From Candidatus Methylomirabilia bacterium (GTDB lineage Bacteria; Methylomirabilota; Methylomirabilia; Rokubacteriales; CSP1-6): 64,000 nt of DNA. The stretch is taken from the NCBI GenBank assembly GCA_046758965.1, contig JBHIBG010000001.1:83914-147913 (forward strand), read 5' to 3'. The position numbers and the translations under genes were made by a program. Within the stretch, counting starts at the first letter, position 1; each line of letters begins with the position of its first letter. Positions 1 through 11,226 of the stretch are shown here, piece after piece. The notes beneath the pieces were generated by a model that did no database searches, was not told the origin of the DNA, and saw only the letters and a list, made by a program, of their open reading frames with translations.

Positions 1-585
1 GTAGGTCCGCCCTCGCGGGTCCATCTCCTCCACCACCTTTTCGCTGTAGACCCGGTGGCCGAGCCGGGTGAGACGCATCCCGCGTACGGGGTCCCGGGGG
101 ACGTTCACGTTCACCAGCGTCTTGGCAGGCAAGCCCTCCACCAGGATGCGCGTGGCGATCAACCCGGCGATGCGGGTGGCCTCTTGAAACCCCCGCCGCT
201 CGGCGTCGATCTGGGAGATCGCCAGCGAAGGGACTCCGAGCAGCGTGCCCTCCATAGCCGCCGAGACCGTTCCCGAGTACGTCACGTCGTCACCGAGGTT
301 GCCGCCGTGGTTGATACCAGCTGCTACCAGGCTCGGGGGAGCGGGGAGCAGGCCCAGGACCCCCAGGTTCACGCAATCTGACGGGGTCCCGTTCACCGCA
401 TACCGCCGCTCCGCGACCTGCTCCACCCGGAGCGGGCGGTGAAGCGTGAGCGAGTGCCCCACCGTGCTCCGTTCCCGATCGGGAGCCACGACGTACACCT
501 CCCCGAGGTCAGCGAGGGCCTCGACGAGCGCGGTCAGGCCGTCGGCGAAGATCCCGTCGTCATTGGTTACGAGCAGAAGCGCCAC
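1..585 (-). CDS. surE: 5'/3'-nucleotidase SurE (3' end runs off the window)
   Basis: Manual translation from GTG at 585: VALLLVTNDDGIFADG...VVAPDRERSTVGHSLTLHRPLR...GINHGGNLGDDVTYSGTVSAAMEG...NVNVP, all diagnostic SurE motifs. Not listed in the ORF track. Confidence 0.95.
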   Translation of the reverse strand, partial: MALLLVTNDDGIFADGLTALVEALADLGEVYVVAPDRERSTVGHSLTLHRPLRVEQVAERRYAVNGTPSDCVNLGVLGLLPAPPSLVAAGINHGGNLGDDVTYSGTVSAAMEGTLLGVPSLAISQIDAERRGFQEATRIAGLIATRILVEGLPAKTLVNVNVPRDPVRGMRLTRLGHRVYSEKVVEEMDPRGRTY

Positions 586-648
586 CGTCCATTCTCGCTT
601 ACACAAAAGTCCGCAAACCCAACAGTTCGCGGGGAAGTCCAGAAAGAT

Positions 649-696
649 TGGTCGGGGCGACCGGAGTTGGACCACCGACCCCTGACACCCCATGCC
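649..696 (-). repeat. Degenerate direct-repeat copy of the 3' half of tRNA-Pro (att-like relic)
   Basis: Aligns without gaps to 2675-2722 with 43 of 48 identities, from the CCA end to just past the anticodon loop. Confidence 0.9.
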
Positions 697-1038
697 GTTT
701 GCCGGGTGAAACGACCGGCGACCATCGGTCGCCATTGTACACAATTCGCGCGGTTAGCGCTACTCGGCAGCCGCCGTGTACTGATGCACGAGCGGATCGA
801 AGGCCGTACGGGTCCGCCGTTGTGTTTCCAGCTGTCGCCAGCTTACCGAATACGTCCGCCTCCGCGTCGTCCTTGGCCTGGACGGAAGCGGGAACGAACT
901 GGAGCGCGGCCGAGACCGCCCGCTTCACGTCGAATCCTGCCGTCCGATGGCCAAGGCGCGCGATCCCGGAAGGAACTCCTGAAAGCCCGCCGCGGAAGCG
1001 GTGGCGGCGGCCGATGCCCGTGTCGAGGCAGGTCGGCT

Positions 1039-1067
1039 TTGACCGACGTCATCGGGCGTGCTATCGT
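1039..1067 (+). promoter_or_regulatory. Putative sigma70 promoter of the cupin-DoxX pair
   Basis: TTGACC-N17-TATCGT with a TG extension, ending 19 nt upstream of the ATG at 1087. Confidence 0.55.
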
Positions 1068-1086
1068 CTCGGTCGAGGCGCTCGTC

Positions 1087-2091
1087 ATGGCGAACGGCAT
1101 CGACGAGTTTCACGGTGACCTTGACCGCCGTCACCTGATCCCTCTCTGGCGGGTTGCCGGACAGCTCCTGCCCGGCCAGCCGAAGCCCTGCGCGATCCCG
1201 TACCTCTGGCGCTGGAAGGAGCTCCACGCGCTCGCCATGCGCGCGGCCGAGCTGGTCCCCGTCGACCGGGCAGCCGAGCGCCGCGTGCTGGCGCTGGCGA
1301 ATCCCGGGCTGCCAGGGGCCTCGGCCGCCACGCCGACGCTGTGGGGGGCGGTGCAGATCCTGATGCCCGGGGAGCTGGCGCCCGCCCACCGGCATTCCCC
1401 GGCCGCCCTCCGGTTCATCCTCCAGGGTGAAGGCGCGTACACGACGGTCGAGGGCGAGAAATGCGTGATGCGCCGGGGCGACCTCGTGCTCACGCCGCCG
1501 TGGCGCTGGCATGATCACGGGAACGAGGGGCGCGCACCCGTCATCTGGTTCGACGGGCTGGACATCCCGCTCGTCGCCATGCTCGATGCCTCCTTCTTCG
1601 AGCCGTTCGAAGAGTGGACGCAGAAGTCCGCGCCGGGCCGATCCGATCGCTGGTCGTACCCGTGGGCAGAGATCTACCCCGCGCTCGCCGCCCTCGCCGA
1701 GCGGGATTCGAGCCCGTTCGAGGACCTGGCGCTCCAGTACGTGACTGCCTCCGGCGGCCCGGTCCTCCCGACGCTCGCCTGCTGGGTGCAGCGCCTGCGC
1801 CCCGAAGTCCGGACGCGGGCTCACCGACACGTCTCGAGCGCGGTCTACGTCGCATTCGAGGGGACGGGGTTCAGCGTGATCAACGGCGAACGCTTCAGCT
1901 GGAGCCCCGGTGACATGTTCGCCGTGCCGCCGTGGGCCTGGCACGAGCACGCCAACCCGTCGTCGACGGAAGACGCCATTCTCTTCTCGATCCATGACAC
2001 GCCGGTGCTGCAGGCTCTCGGGCTCCAGCGCGAGGAGGCGTACGACGCCCACGGCGGGCATCAGCCCGTCGTGCGCGAGTTTGCCGGCTGA
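1087..2091 (+). CDS. Gentisate 1,2-dioxygenase-family bicupin
   Basis: ERRVLALANPGL, APAHRHSPAALRF, WHDH, WFDGLDIP, second cupin AHRH...WHEH. Start set at MANGIDEF; the ORF-track extension from 439 looks spurious. Confidence 0.85.
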   Translation: MANGIDEFHGDLDRRHLIPLWRVAGQLLPGQPKPCAIPYLWRWKELHALAMRAAELVPVDRAAERRVLALANPGLPGASAATPTLWGAVQILMPGELAPAHRHSPAALRFILQGEGAYTTVEGEKCVMRRGDLVLTPPWRWHDHGNEGRAPVIWFDGLDIPLVAMLDASFFEPFEEWTQKSAPGRSDRWSYPWAEIYPALAALAERDSSPFEDLALQYVTASGGPVLPTLACWVQRLRPEVRTRAHRHVSSAVYVAFEGTGFSVINGERFSWSPGDMFAVPPWAWHEHANPSSTEDAILFSIHDTPVLQALGLQREEAYDAHGGHQPVVREFAG

Positions 2092-2134
2092 CGTCCTTCG
2101 CCGTTCACACACCAAGGAGAGAAGGAGGACGAGC

Positions 2135-2542
2135 ATGCGTGGGATCGCTGGAATTCAACCGGGTTGGGGGGTCACCGCGGTACGGCTGGCAATGGCCGTC
2201 ATCTTCATTGTCGCGGGGTACCAAAAGTTCGCCGGCGGCCTGGGCGGCATCACCGGCTTCTTGGACAAGATCGGGATTCTGCTGCCCGGCCTGATGGGAC
2301 TGTACATCTCCGTTCTGGAGCTGGTCGGCGGGATCCTCCTGCTGATCGGGCTTGCCGGCCGTTGGGTGGGGCTTCTCTTCGCCCTCGAGTTCATCGTGGC
2401 GGCGTTCTATTACAAGTTCCCCACGCTGGGCTGGGCGGCCGGTCGCGTCGACTTGATGCTGCTGGCGGGCGCCATTTTGCTCTTTCTGGCCGGATCGGGC
2501 AAGGCGTCGGTCGACGAGGTGTGGCTCGAGAAGGGCGATTGA
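2135..2542 (+). CDS. DoxX-family membrane protein
   Basis: RLAMAVIFIVAGYQKF, ELVGGILLLIG, GSGKASVD; four hydrophobic segments; GGAGG RBS upstream. Confidence 0.85.
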   Translation: MRGIAGIQPGWGVTAVRLAMAVIFIVAGYQKFAGGLGGITGFLDKIGILLPGLMGLYISVLELVGGILLLIGLAGRWVGLLFALEFIVAAFYYKFPTLGWAAGRVDLMLLAGAILLFLAGSGKASVDEVWLEKGD

Positions 2543-2674
2543 TCTTCTCGAAGCGTGCGGGGAGGATCTCGGGCTCCCGGAAGAGAATCTCACGCCGGGC
2601 TGGTGCCAGCAGCTCTCGTGGCGCCGGCAACCGAGGTGGCGCCTCGGTCTGCCCTGCTAACCTCGCGATTAGTC

Positions 2675-2751
<77 letters not shown>

Positions 2752-2760
2752 AACGGTTTG

Positions 2761-2789
2761 AATTTACAGACTTGCGGACCGCACGTCAA
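2761..2789 (-). promoter_or_regulatory. Putative sigma70 promoter of tRNA-Pro
   Basis: Minus strand TTGACG-N17-TAAATT, ending 9 nt before tRNA base 1. Confidence 0.65.
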
Positions 2790-2791
2790 GG

Positions 2792-3596
2792 CTATATCCA
2801 CCCGTTATGCCCGCCAGCTTCCGGGTGGCCTTCTGAAGATCTCCGGGGCTGACAATGTTGTAGCGGTCGGACACGGAGCGGGTCTGCCCCCCGCGCCTTC
2901 TTGAACTCCCCGATCCGCCGCCCGTGATGCCTCCCCGTCAGCAGGTAGACAGCGAGGCGGCCCTCCTTGGTCTTCGTCGTGCCTGGCTCCAGGCGCAGCG
3001 TCCCGGCTTCGAGGTCGAGCCGCCTCCGCTCTGGCGTCAGGATCTCACTCTGGACGCGCCAGCCGAACGCGTAGGCAATGCCCGCCGCGAGCCTGAGATA
3101 TTCGGGTAACCGCCGCCGAACCGCCTCGTGCTGCGCCGGCTCCAAGAAGCCCTGTCGAGGGCCGTTCTCCCTGAGCTTTCGAATGATCGGGAGACGCAGC
3201 AGCTTGCCATTCTCGTAGGCCGGCTTGAGCGCGCGGTTGAGTACCGTCAGGTCTCGGTTAATTGTGCCGTTCGAGGCTCCGCTCTCGTGTCGCTTGTCGG
3301 CATAAGCGGCGGCCTCACTCAGGCCCATAGCTGCGATCTTCCTCCCGGTGAAGAAGCGATCGAGGCGCTTCAGCCGGAAATCCGCTTCCTTCGTGTCGTG
3401 CGATCCGCTTGTCTTGTAGTGACTGCGGAGACCCTGTGCGACCTCCTCGTAGCGAATGCGATCCGCGCGAGGCAGGATCGGCTGGCCGCTCACCACATGC
3501 CCTTCGCGCTCTTTGAGGAGCCGTTTGGCCTTACTGTCGGTGTCGGTGCCCATGCTCTCGCGGATCGCCTGGCCGTTGCGATAGTACTTCTTGGTT
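2792..3596 (-). pseudogene. Tyrosine recombinase/integrase remnant with internal deletions
   Basis: KYYRNG...RES (arm-binding-like), TINRDL, RQGFLE, GWR..SEI (catalytic R), TKTKEGR (K). The HxxR segment is missing and the C-terminal GQTRSVSDRYNIVSPGDL lies in another frame. Confidence 0.85.
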
Positions 3597-3616
3597 TGCG
3601 CTATCGCCACGCCCCG
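3597..3616 (-). repeat. Degenerate copy of the 5' part of tRNA-Pro (att-like relic)
   Basis: Minus strand CGGGGCGTGGCG-A-TAGCGCA versus tRNA CGGGGCGTGGCG-CAGCCTGG-TAGCGCA (2751-2725): exact 12-nt and 7-nt blocks in order. Confidence 0.6.
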
Positions 3617-3839
3617 GAGCCCCATGCCCGCGAGGCTACAGAGGTTATGCAGGAAGCGCCTCTCGGATATCAAGGGTTGTTTCAAAGAGCGGTTCTCGCA
3701 TAGAATAAGCCGCGATGGCGAAGAAGGGAAAAGACCCGCATGCCGTCGCGCTCGAGAGAGTCCAAGCTGACCGGGCTTGTGTCGGGCTGGGCTTTTCGTA
3801 GAATCGCTCCCGTAGCGGTTCCTCGTTGGGAAGCCGGCC

Positions 3840-5768
3840 ATGGTACCGTGGGGCGTCGAACGTAAGCTGACCGCGATCCTCAGTGCCGATGTCAAGGGCT
3901 ATAGCCGCCTCATGGGCGAGGATGAGGTGGCGACCATCCGCACGCTCACCGCCTATCGCGAAGTGATGGCCTCCCTCATCCAGCTGCACCGCGGAAGGGT
4001 AATAGACATGCCGGGGGACAACCTGCTGGCAGAGTTCGCCAGCGTGGTCGATGCCGTGCAGTGCGCCGTGGAGATCCAGCAGGCTCTCAAAAGCTGGAAC
4101 GCGGAGCTGCCTGACCGCCGCAAGATGGAGTTCCGCATCGGGATCAACCTTGGAGACGTGGTTGTGGAGGGGGAGCGGATCTACGGGGATGGGGTCAACA
4201 TCGCGGCCCGCGTGGAGGGACTGGCCGAGGGCGGGGGCGTTTGCATCTCCCGGACGGCCTTTGACCAGGTCAAGAACAAGCTCGCCCTGGGGTATGAATT
4301 CCTGGGCGAGCACACCGTCAAGAACATCGCGGAGCCCGTGCGCGTGTACCGGGTGCTCATGGAGCCGGAAGCTGCCGGCAGGGTGATCGGGGAGACAAGG
4401 CCGCCCATCACCCGGATGGTCCTAGCCGACGTGCGGGCGAGACCTTGGCGGTGGGCAGCTCTGGCTGCCGGGGCCGTGCTGGCTCTGGCAGGTGCGAGCG
4501 GTGTAATCTGGAGCTTCTACCTCCGCGGACCTGCCCCCTGGACGGAGGTGGCCTCTGAAGAGAAGATGGCATTCCCGCTGCCCGACAAGCCTTCGATCGC
4601 GGTCTTGCCGTTCGACAATCTGAGCGGCGACCCGAAACAGGACTACCTCGCCGACGGGCTGACCGAGGACCTCATCACCGACCTGTCACGCTTCCGCGAA
4701 TTGTTCGTCATCGCCCGCAATTCGACGTTCACCTACAAGGGCAGGCCGGTCAAGGTCCAGCAGGTGGCCGAGGATCTCGGGGTCCGCTACATCCTGGAAG
4801 GGAGCGTGCAGCGATCGGCGGATCGGGTGCGGATCACCGCGCAGCTCGTCGACGCCATATCGGGAGAGCATGTGTGGGCGGAACGCTACGACCGCGACAT
4901 CTCAGACATTTTCGCCGTGCAGGATGAGGTCGCCGAGAAGATCGTCGGGAATTTGGCGGGGTATCACGGGAAGCTGACGAAGGCCGAGAAACGGCGCGCC
5001 AGGAAAGAGCGCACCACCGATCTCAAGGTATACGAGACCTACCTGCTGGGTATCGAGTACAAGCACCGGTTCACGAAAGAGAACAATCTCATCGCGCAGG
5101 AGTTGCTCAATAAAGCGATCGCTCTCGACCCCGAGTATGCGCGCGCATATACCGCTTTGGGTTGGACGTATTTGTTTGAGGTGTGGTGGGGATGGAGCGA
5201 TGCGCCAGGCCAGTCGCTGAAGCAGGCGTTTCAGGCGGCGCAAAAGGCCGTTCTGCTCGATGACTCTGACGCCGAGTGTCACTGGCTTCTGGCCGATCTT
5301 TATGTCGTGACGCGGCAGTTTGAGAAAGCGGTCACTGAGTTCAACAGGGCGCTCGAGCTCAATCCGAACATGGCCGATGTCCTCGCGAACTGGGGGGCGG
5401 TTATGGCCCGTCTGGGCAGGGCGGAGGAAGGGGTCGAGACGATCAAGAAGGCGATGCGCCTCAACCCGAACTATCCTCAATGGTACCCGCAGTTCCTGGG
5501 CGGCGCGATGTATGCGGCGCGGCGGTATGAGGAGGCGGTTGCAGTACTGAAGAGAGTAAAGCAGCACGTCCGGACCAGTCGCGCCTACTTTGCTGCGAGC
5601 TACGCTCAGCTAGGCCGGATCGAGGAGGCCCGCGCGGAGGTGGCAGAGACCCTCAAGCTGGATCCCAACGCCACGGTGCAGATCGTAAGCAACATCGAAT
5701 ACTACAAGAATCCCGCCGACCGCGATCATTTCGAGGAGGGTGTGCGGAAGGCCGGGCTGCCGGACTGA
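3840..5768 (+). CDS. Class III adenylate/guanylate cyclase + TM + TolB-N-like + TPR protein
   Basis: ILSADVKGYS, GDNLLAEF, FRIGINLGDV, IYGDGVNIAAR; TM segment; PDKPSIAVLPFDNLS; C-terminal TPRs. Confidence 0.92.
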   Translation: MVPWGVERKLTAILSADVKGYSRLMGEDEVATIRTLTAYREVMASLIQLHRGRVIDMPGDNLLAEFASVVDAVQCAVEIQQALKSWNAELPDRRKMEFRIGINLGDVVVEGERIYGDGVNIAARVEGLAEGGGVCISRTAFDQVKNKLALGYEFLGEHTVKNIAEPVRVYRVLMEPEAAGRVIGETRPPITRMVLADVRARPWRWAALAAGAVLALAGASGVIWSFYLRGPAPWTEVASEEKMAFPLPDKPSIAVLPFDNLSGDPKQDYLADGLTEDLITDLSRFRELFVIARNSTFTYKGRPVKVQQVAEDLGVRYILEGSVQRSADRVRITAQLVDAISGEHVWAERYDRDISDIFAVQDEVAEKIVGNLAGYHGKLTKAEKRRARKERTTDLKVYETYLLGIEYKHRFTKENNLIAQELLNKAIALDPEYARAYTALGWTYLFEVWWGWSDAPGQSLKQAFQAAQKAVLLDDSDAECHWLLADLYVVTRQFEKAVTEFNRALELNPNMADVLANWGAVMARLGRAEEGVETIKKAMRLNPNYPQWYPQFLGGAMYAARRYEEAVAVLKRVKQHVRTSRAYFAASYAQLGRIEEARAEVAETLKLDPNATVQIVSNIEYYKNPADRDHFEEGVRKAGLPD

Positions 5769-5898
5769 CAGCAGCAGTCCGGTCACGAAGGTCAGCCGGC
5801 CATCCCCCTTGCAGAAAGTCGAGGCACTCCCCAATCCCGCGCCATCTCGTTTCCGTCCCGCTCTCTGATGGGTCACGCTGAGGGAGGGGCGGGAGACT

Positions 5899-6555
5899 TC
5901 AAGCTCTCAAATCCGGACCGCCGCCGACGATCCGGGAAGGGACGTCCACATCCACATTGCCCCCGCTCACGACGGTGACGACGGCGCCTCCCACCTCGCG
6001 GATTTCAGGGCCACGGCAATGCCCGAGATGAGGCCGCCCCCCGAAACCGGGACCACGACGGTGTCGAGCTCCGGCAGATCCTCGAGAAGTTCCAGGCCGA
6101 TCGTCCCTTGCCCGGCAATTACGAAAGGATCGTCGAAAGGTGGCACCATGACCATACCCGCCTCGGCAACGAGGCGTTCCGCCTCTGCTCCGGCCTCGTC
6201 CTGGCTGCTGCCGACGATTCTCACCTCGGCCCCGAGGTCGCGGATCGCCTTCACTTTGTTCTCCGGGACCAGGCGCGACATACACACCACGGCTTTGATC
6301 CCGAGACGGCCGGCGGCGTGAGCCAGGCCCCGTCCGTGATTGCCGGTCGAGACCGCGGCAACGCCTCGCTCCCTTTCCTCAGCGCTGAGGTGCAGCAGGC
6401 GGTTCGTGGCGCCCCGGATCTTGAACGAACCGGTCTCTTGCGCCGAGGCGACGCGACAGGGCGGCCGACTGGAGCAGTGGCGTCCGACGAACCAAGGTGG
6501 CGATCGCGCGGCGAGCTCCGTAGATGTCCCGCAGCGTCACCGTATCGTCTCTCAC
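5899..6555 (-). pseudogene. PLP-dependent threonine/serine dehydratase (EutB-like) pseudogene
   Basis: Three frames: VRRTPLLQS..., then QETGSFKIRGA...STGNHG...PFDD...GQGT...PVSGGGL, then VVSGGNVD. The LKxE segment and roughly the central third are deleted. Confidence 0.85.
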
Positions 6556-6586
6556 GCCAGACCGCGCTCCGCTCGCGTCGAGTGCT

Positions 6587-8891
<2,305 letters not shown>

Positions 8892-8899
<8 letters not shown>

Positions 8900-9362
8900 G
8901 TCTGGCCACCTCCCGGGCGTAGGCCTCGACGGCGTCCAGGATCTTCGCGTAGCCGGTGCAGCGGCAGAGGTTGCCCGCGAGGGCGCGTCGGATCGCCTCC
9001 CGATCCACCTCCGGGTGCCGATCGATGAAAGCGAGTGCGGTCAGGAGCATGCCGGGCGTGCAGAAGCCGCACTGGACAGCGCCGTGACGCACGAACGCCT
9101 GCTGCAACGGATGCAGGCCGCCGTCCACCCCGAGGCCGCGCACGGTGAGAATCGTCCGGCCGCGCGCCGCCGGGGCGAGAATGAGGCAGCTCGAGGCCGG
9201 CCGGCCATCGAGCAGCACGGTGCACGCCCCACAGACGCCCTCGCCGCACCCCTCCTTGGCATCGAGGAGACCGAGCGTGTCGCGCAGGAGTTGAAGAAGG
9301 GTCTGGTTCGGCGCCACATCCAGCTCCCGCATGCGCCCGTTGACGCTGAGCCTGATGATCAT
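8892..9362 (-). CDS. Xanthine dehydrogenase-family 2x[2Fe-2S] small subunit
   Basis: GCGEGVCGACTV, QCGFCTPG, GNLCRCTGY. Confidence 0.95.
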
Positions 9363-9424
9363 GGCACTTCAAACATTCACGGGGTGTGCATGCGTCGGGG
9401 ATGGGCCCGCTTGCCTGCTCCAAA

Positions 9425-10291
9425 TCATGAGGCGCTACCCAGAGCCCGTGCGACGGCGCGCGCCAGCGCCCGCCTCGCCAGCACGCCCGCGAGGTGTCTC
9501 CGGTAGGCCGCTGAGGCGAAGGCGTCCGACTCCGGTGAGATCGCCTCGCGGGCGATGGCCGCCGCACGCCCCAGTCGCTCGGGCGTCGGCTCGTGCCCGC
9601 GGAGCAGATCCTCGGCCGCCAGAGCCCGGACCGGCGTCGGCCCCACGCCGGCTAGGGCAACTCGCGCCTCTTCCACCCGACCACGGCGATCGGAGCTCAC
9701 GAGAGCTGTCACCGCAACCAGGGCGAAATCGCCCGGCCGCCGCGCGAACTCCTCGACGGCCTGGCCCATGCCACGCGTCGCGGGCAGGTCCACCTCAGTG
9801 AGAAGCTCCTCTCCCCCGAGGGTGGTCGTGAGGTACCCCGCGAAGAACTCGTCCACGGGCACAGTGCGCCGGTCCCCGCGCCCCTCGAGCGTCAGGCGGG
9901 CCCCGAGGGCGAGCATCACCATCGGCAGCTCGGCTGCAGGATCCGCGTGCGCCAGGCTCCCGCCGAGGGTCCCCAGCGTGCGGACGCGAACGTTGCCGAT
10001 CAGAGATGCGGCCTCGCTCAGCACGGGACAGGCCCGGGCGATCTCGCCGGACTCCTCGAGCGTCGCGTGGCGCGTCAGCGCTCCCAGGCGGAGCCGGCCA
10101 TCCTCGACGCGGACTCCGCCGAGCGCCAACCTGTTGATGTCGACGATGACGCGAGGAGCGGCGAGCCGATAGCTGAGGAGCGGCACCAAGCTCTGCCCAC
10201 CCGCGAGGATCCTCGCCTCCTCACGGTGCCGGGCCAGCAGGTCGATTGCTTCCTCGACGGAGCCCGGCGACACATACTCAAACGCCCGCAT
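9425..10291 (-). CDS. Xanthine dehydrogenase-family FAD-binding medium subunit
   Basis: FEYVSPGSVEEA, LAGGQSL, TLGGSLAHADPAAE, YRRHLA; start at MRAFEY with GGGGAGGAG RBS. Confidence 0.93.
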   Translation of the reverse strand: MRAFEYVSPGSVEEAIDLLARHREEARILAGGQSLVPLLSYRLAAPRVIVDINRLALGGVRVEDGRLRLGALTRHATLEESGEIARACPVLSEAASLIGNVRVRTLGTLGGSLAHADPAAELPMVMLALGARLTLEGRGDRRTVPVDEFFAGYLTTTLGGEELLTEVDLPATRGMGQAVEEFARRPGDFALVAVTALVSSDRRGRVEEARVALAGVGPTPVRALAAEDLLRGHEPTPERLGRAAAIAREAISPESDAFASAAYRRHLAGVLARRALARAVARALGSAS

Positions 10292-10369
10292 CTCCTCCCC
10301 TACAGGTCCGGCGGGCTCGCGGGTCCGTCGCGGCGAACAGCCCCGGGGCGTAAGGCGTCCGCGCTTCGA

Positions 10370-10442
10370 GCGCGGGCTTTGCCCGCGCAAGCGAATGGGG
10401 GAGGCATCGGAGGGGGGGGGGGGGCCCCCCCCCCCCCCCCGA
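10370..10442. repeat. REP-like double hairpin with a G13/C16 homopolymer stem
   Basis: GCGCGGGC-TTT-GCCCGCGC (10370-10388), then TCGGA-G13-C16-GA (10407-10442), between the SDR and medium-subunit genes. Confidence 0.6.
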
Positions 10443-10446
10443 CCGT

Positions 10447-11226
10447 TCAAACATCCCACCCCCCATCCACAGTGATCGTCTGGCCAGTCATATTCCGCGA
10501 CTCTTCGGAGCAGAGGAAGAGCACCGCACTGGTCACGTCCTCGGCGGTGGTCACCCGGCGGAGCGCCATCTCGTTGACATACTCCTGGCGGACCTGCTCG
10601 GGGGTCCACCCGCGCTTGCGCGCCTTCTCCCGGCAGAGCCTATCCATCCTGTCACCGCTCACAATCCCCGGGGCGACGCAGTTGACGTTGACGTTGTAGG
10701 GGCCCGCTTCCAGGGCGACGGTGCGGGTGAATCCACGGACCGCCCACTTCGATGAGGAGTAGGGGGCGCGGAGCTTGTAGCCGCGGAGGCTGGAGGTGCC
10801 CGCGATGTTGACGATCTTGCCGCGCCGGCGGGCGAGCATGGCGGGAAGCACGTGCTTGACGCAGAGGAAGGTCCCCCTGAGGTTCACGGCCAGAACCTCG
10901 TCCCACTCCTCGACCTTCACCTCCTGGACCGGAGTCTCGATGGGACCGGTGATCCCGGCCATGTTGACCAGGAGATCGATCTGTCCGAAGGCCTCGATCG
11001 TCCGCTCGACCATCTGCCGGACCGACGCCTCCTCACGGACGTCGGTGGGAACGACAAGGGCCCGACGCCCGAGCGCCTCCACCTCACGCGAGAGCTTCTC
11101 GAGAGGCGGGATCTCTCTGGCCGCGACGGTCAGATGCGCCCCTTCGGCCGCGAGCCGGAGCGAGACGGCCCGCCCCATCCCCTTGGCCGGCCCCGTCACG
11201 ATCGCCACCTGATTCAGGAGCTTCAT
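10447..11226 (-). CDS. Short-chain dehydrogenase/reductase
   Basis: VAIVTGPAKGMG, DLLVNMAG, YSSSK catalytic motif, NCVAPG, TGQTITVDGG. Confidence 0.93.
   Translation of the reverse strand: MKLLNQVAIVTGPAKGMGRAVSLRLAAEGAHLTVAAREIPPLEKLSREVEALGRRALVVPTDVREEASVRQMVERTIEAFGQIDLLVNMAGITGPIETPVQEVKVEEWDEVLAVNLRGTFLCVKHVLPAMLARRRGKIVNIAGTSSLRGYKLRAPYSSSKWAVRGFTRTVALEAGPYNVNVNCVAPGIVSGDRMDRLCREKARKRGWTPEQVRQEYVNEMALRRVTTAEDVTSAVLFLCSEESRNMTGQTITVDGGWDV

Noticed and set aside
649..725. A second functional tRNA-Pro
   Set aside because: Similarity stops at 696; there is no D-arm or acceptor 5' strand and the T-arm is broken.
599..928. 109-aa minus-strand ORF as a possible integrase tail
   Set aside because: No recognisable motif, and it reads through the tRNA relic.
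439..1086. 216-aa N-terminal extension of the cupin ORF
   Set aside because: It overlaps surE antisense and the tRNA relic, is Arg/Pro-rich, and a promoter lies just before ATG 1087.
3668..3679. IHF-like site TATCAAGGGTTG near the integrase
   Set aside because: Spacing is one base short of WATCAANNNNTTR; suggestive only.
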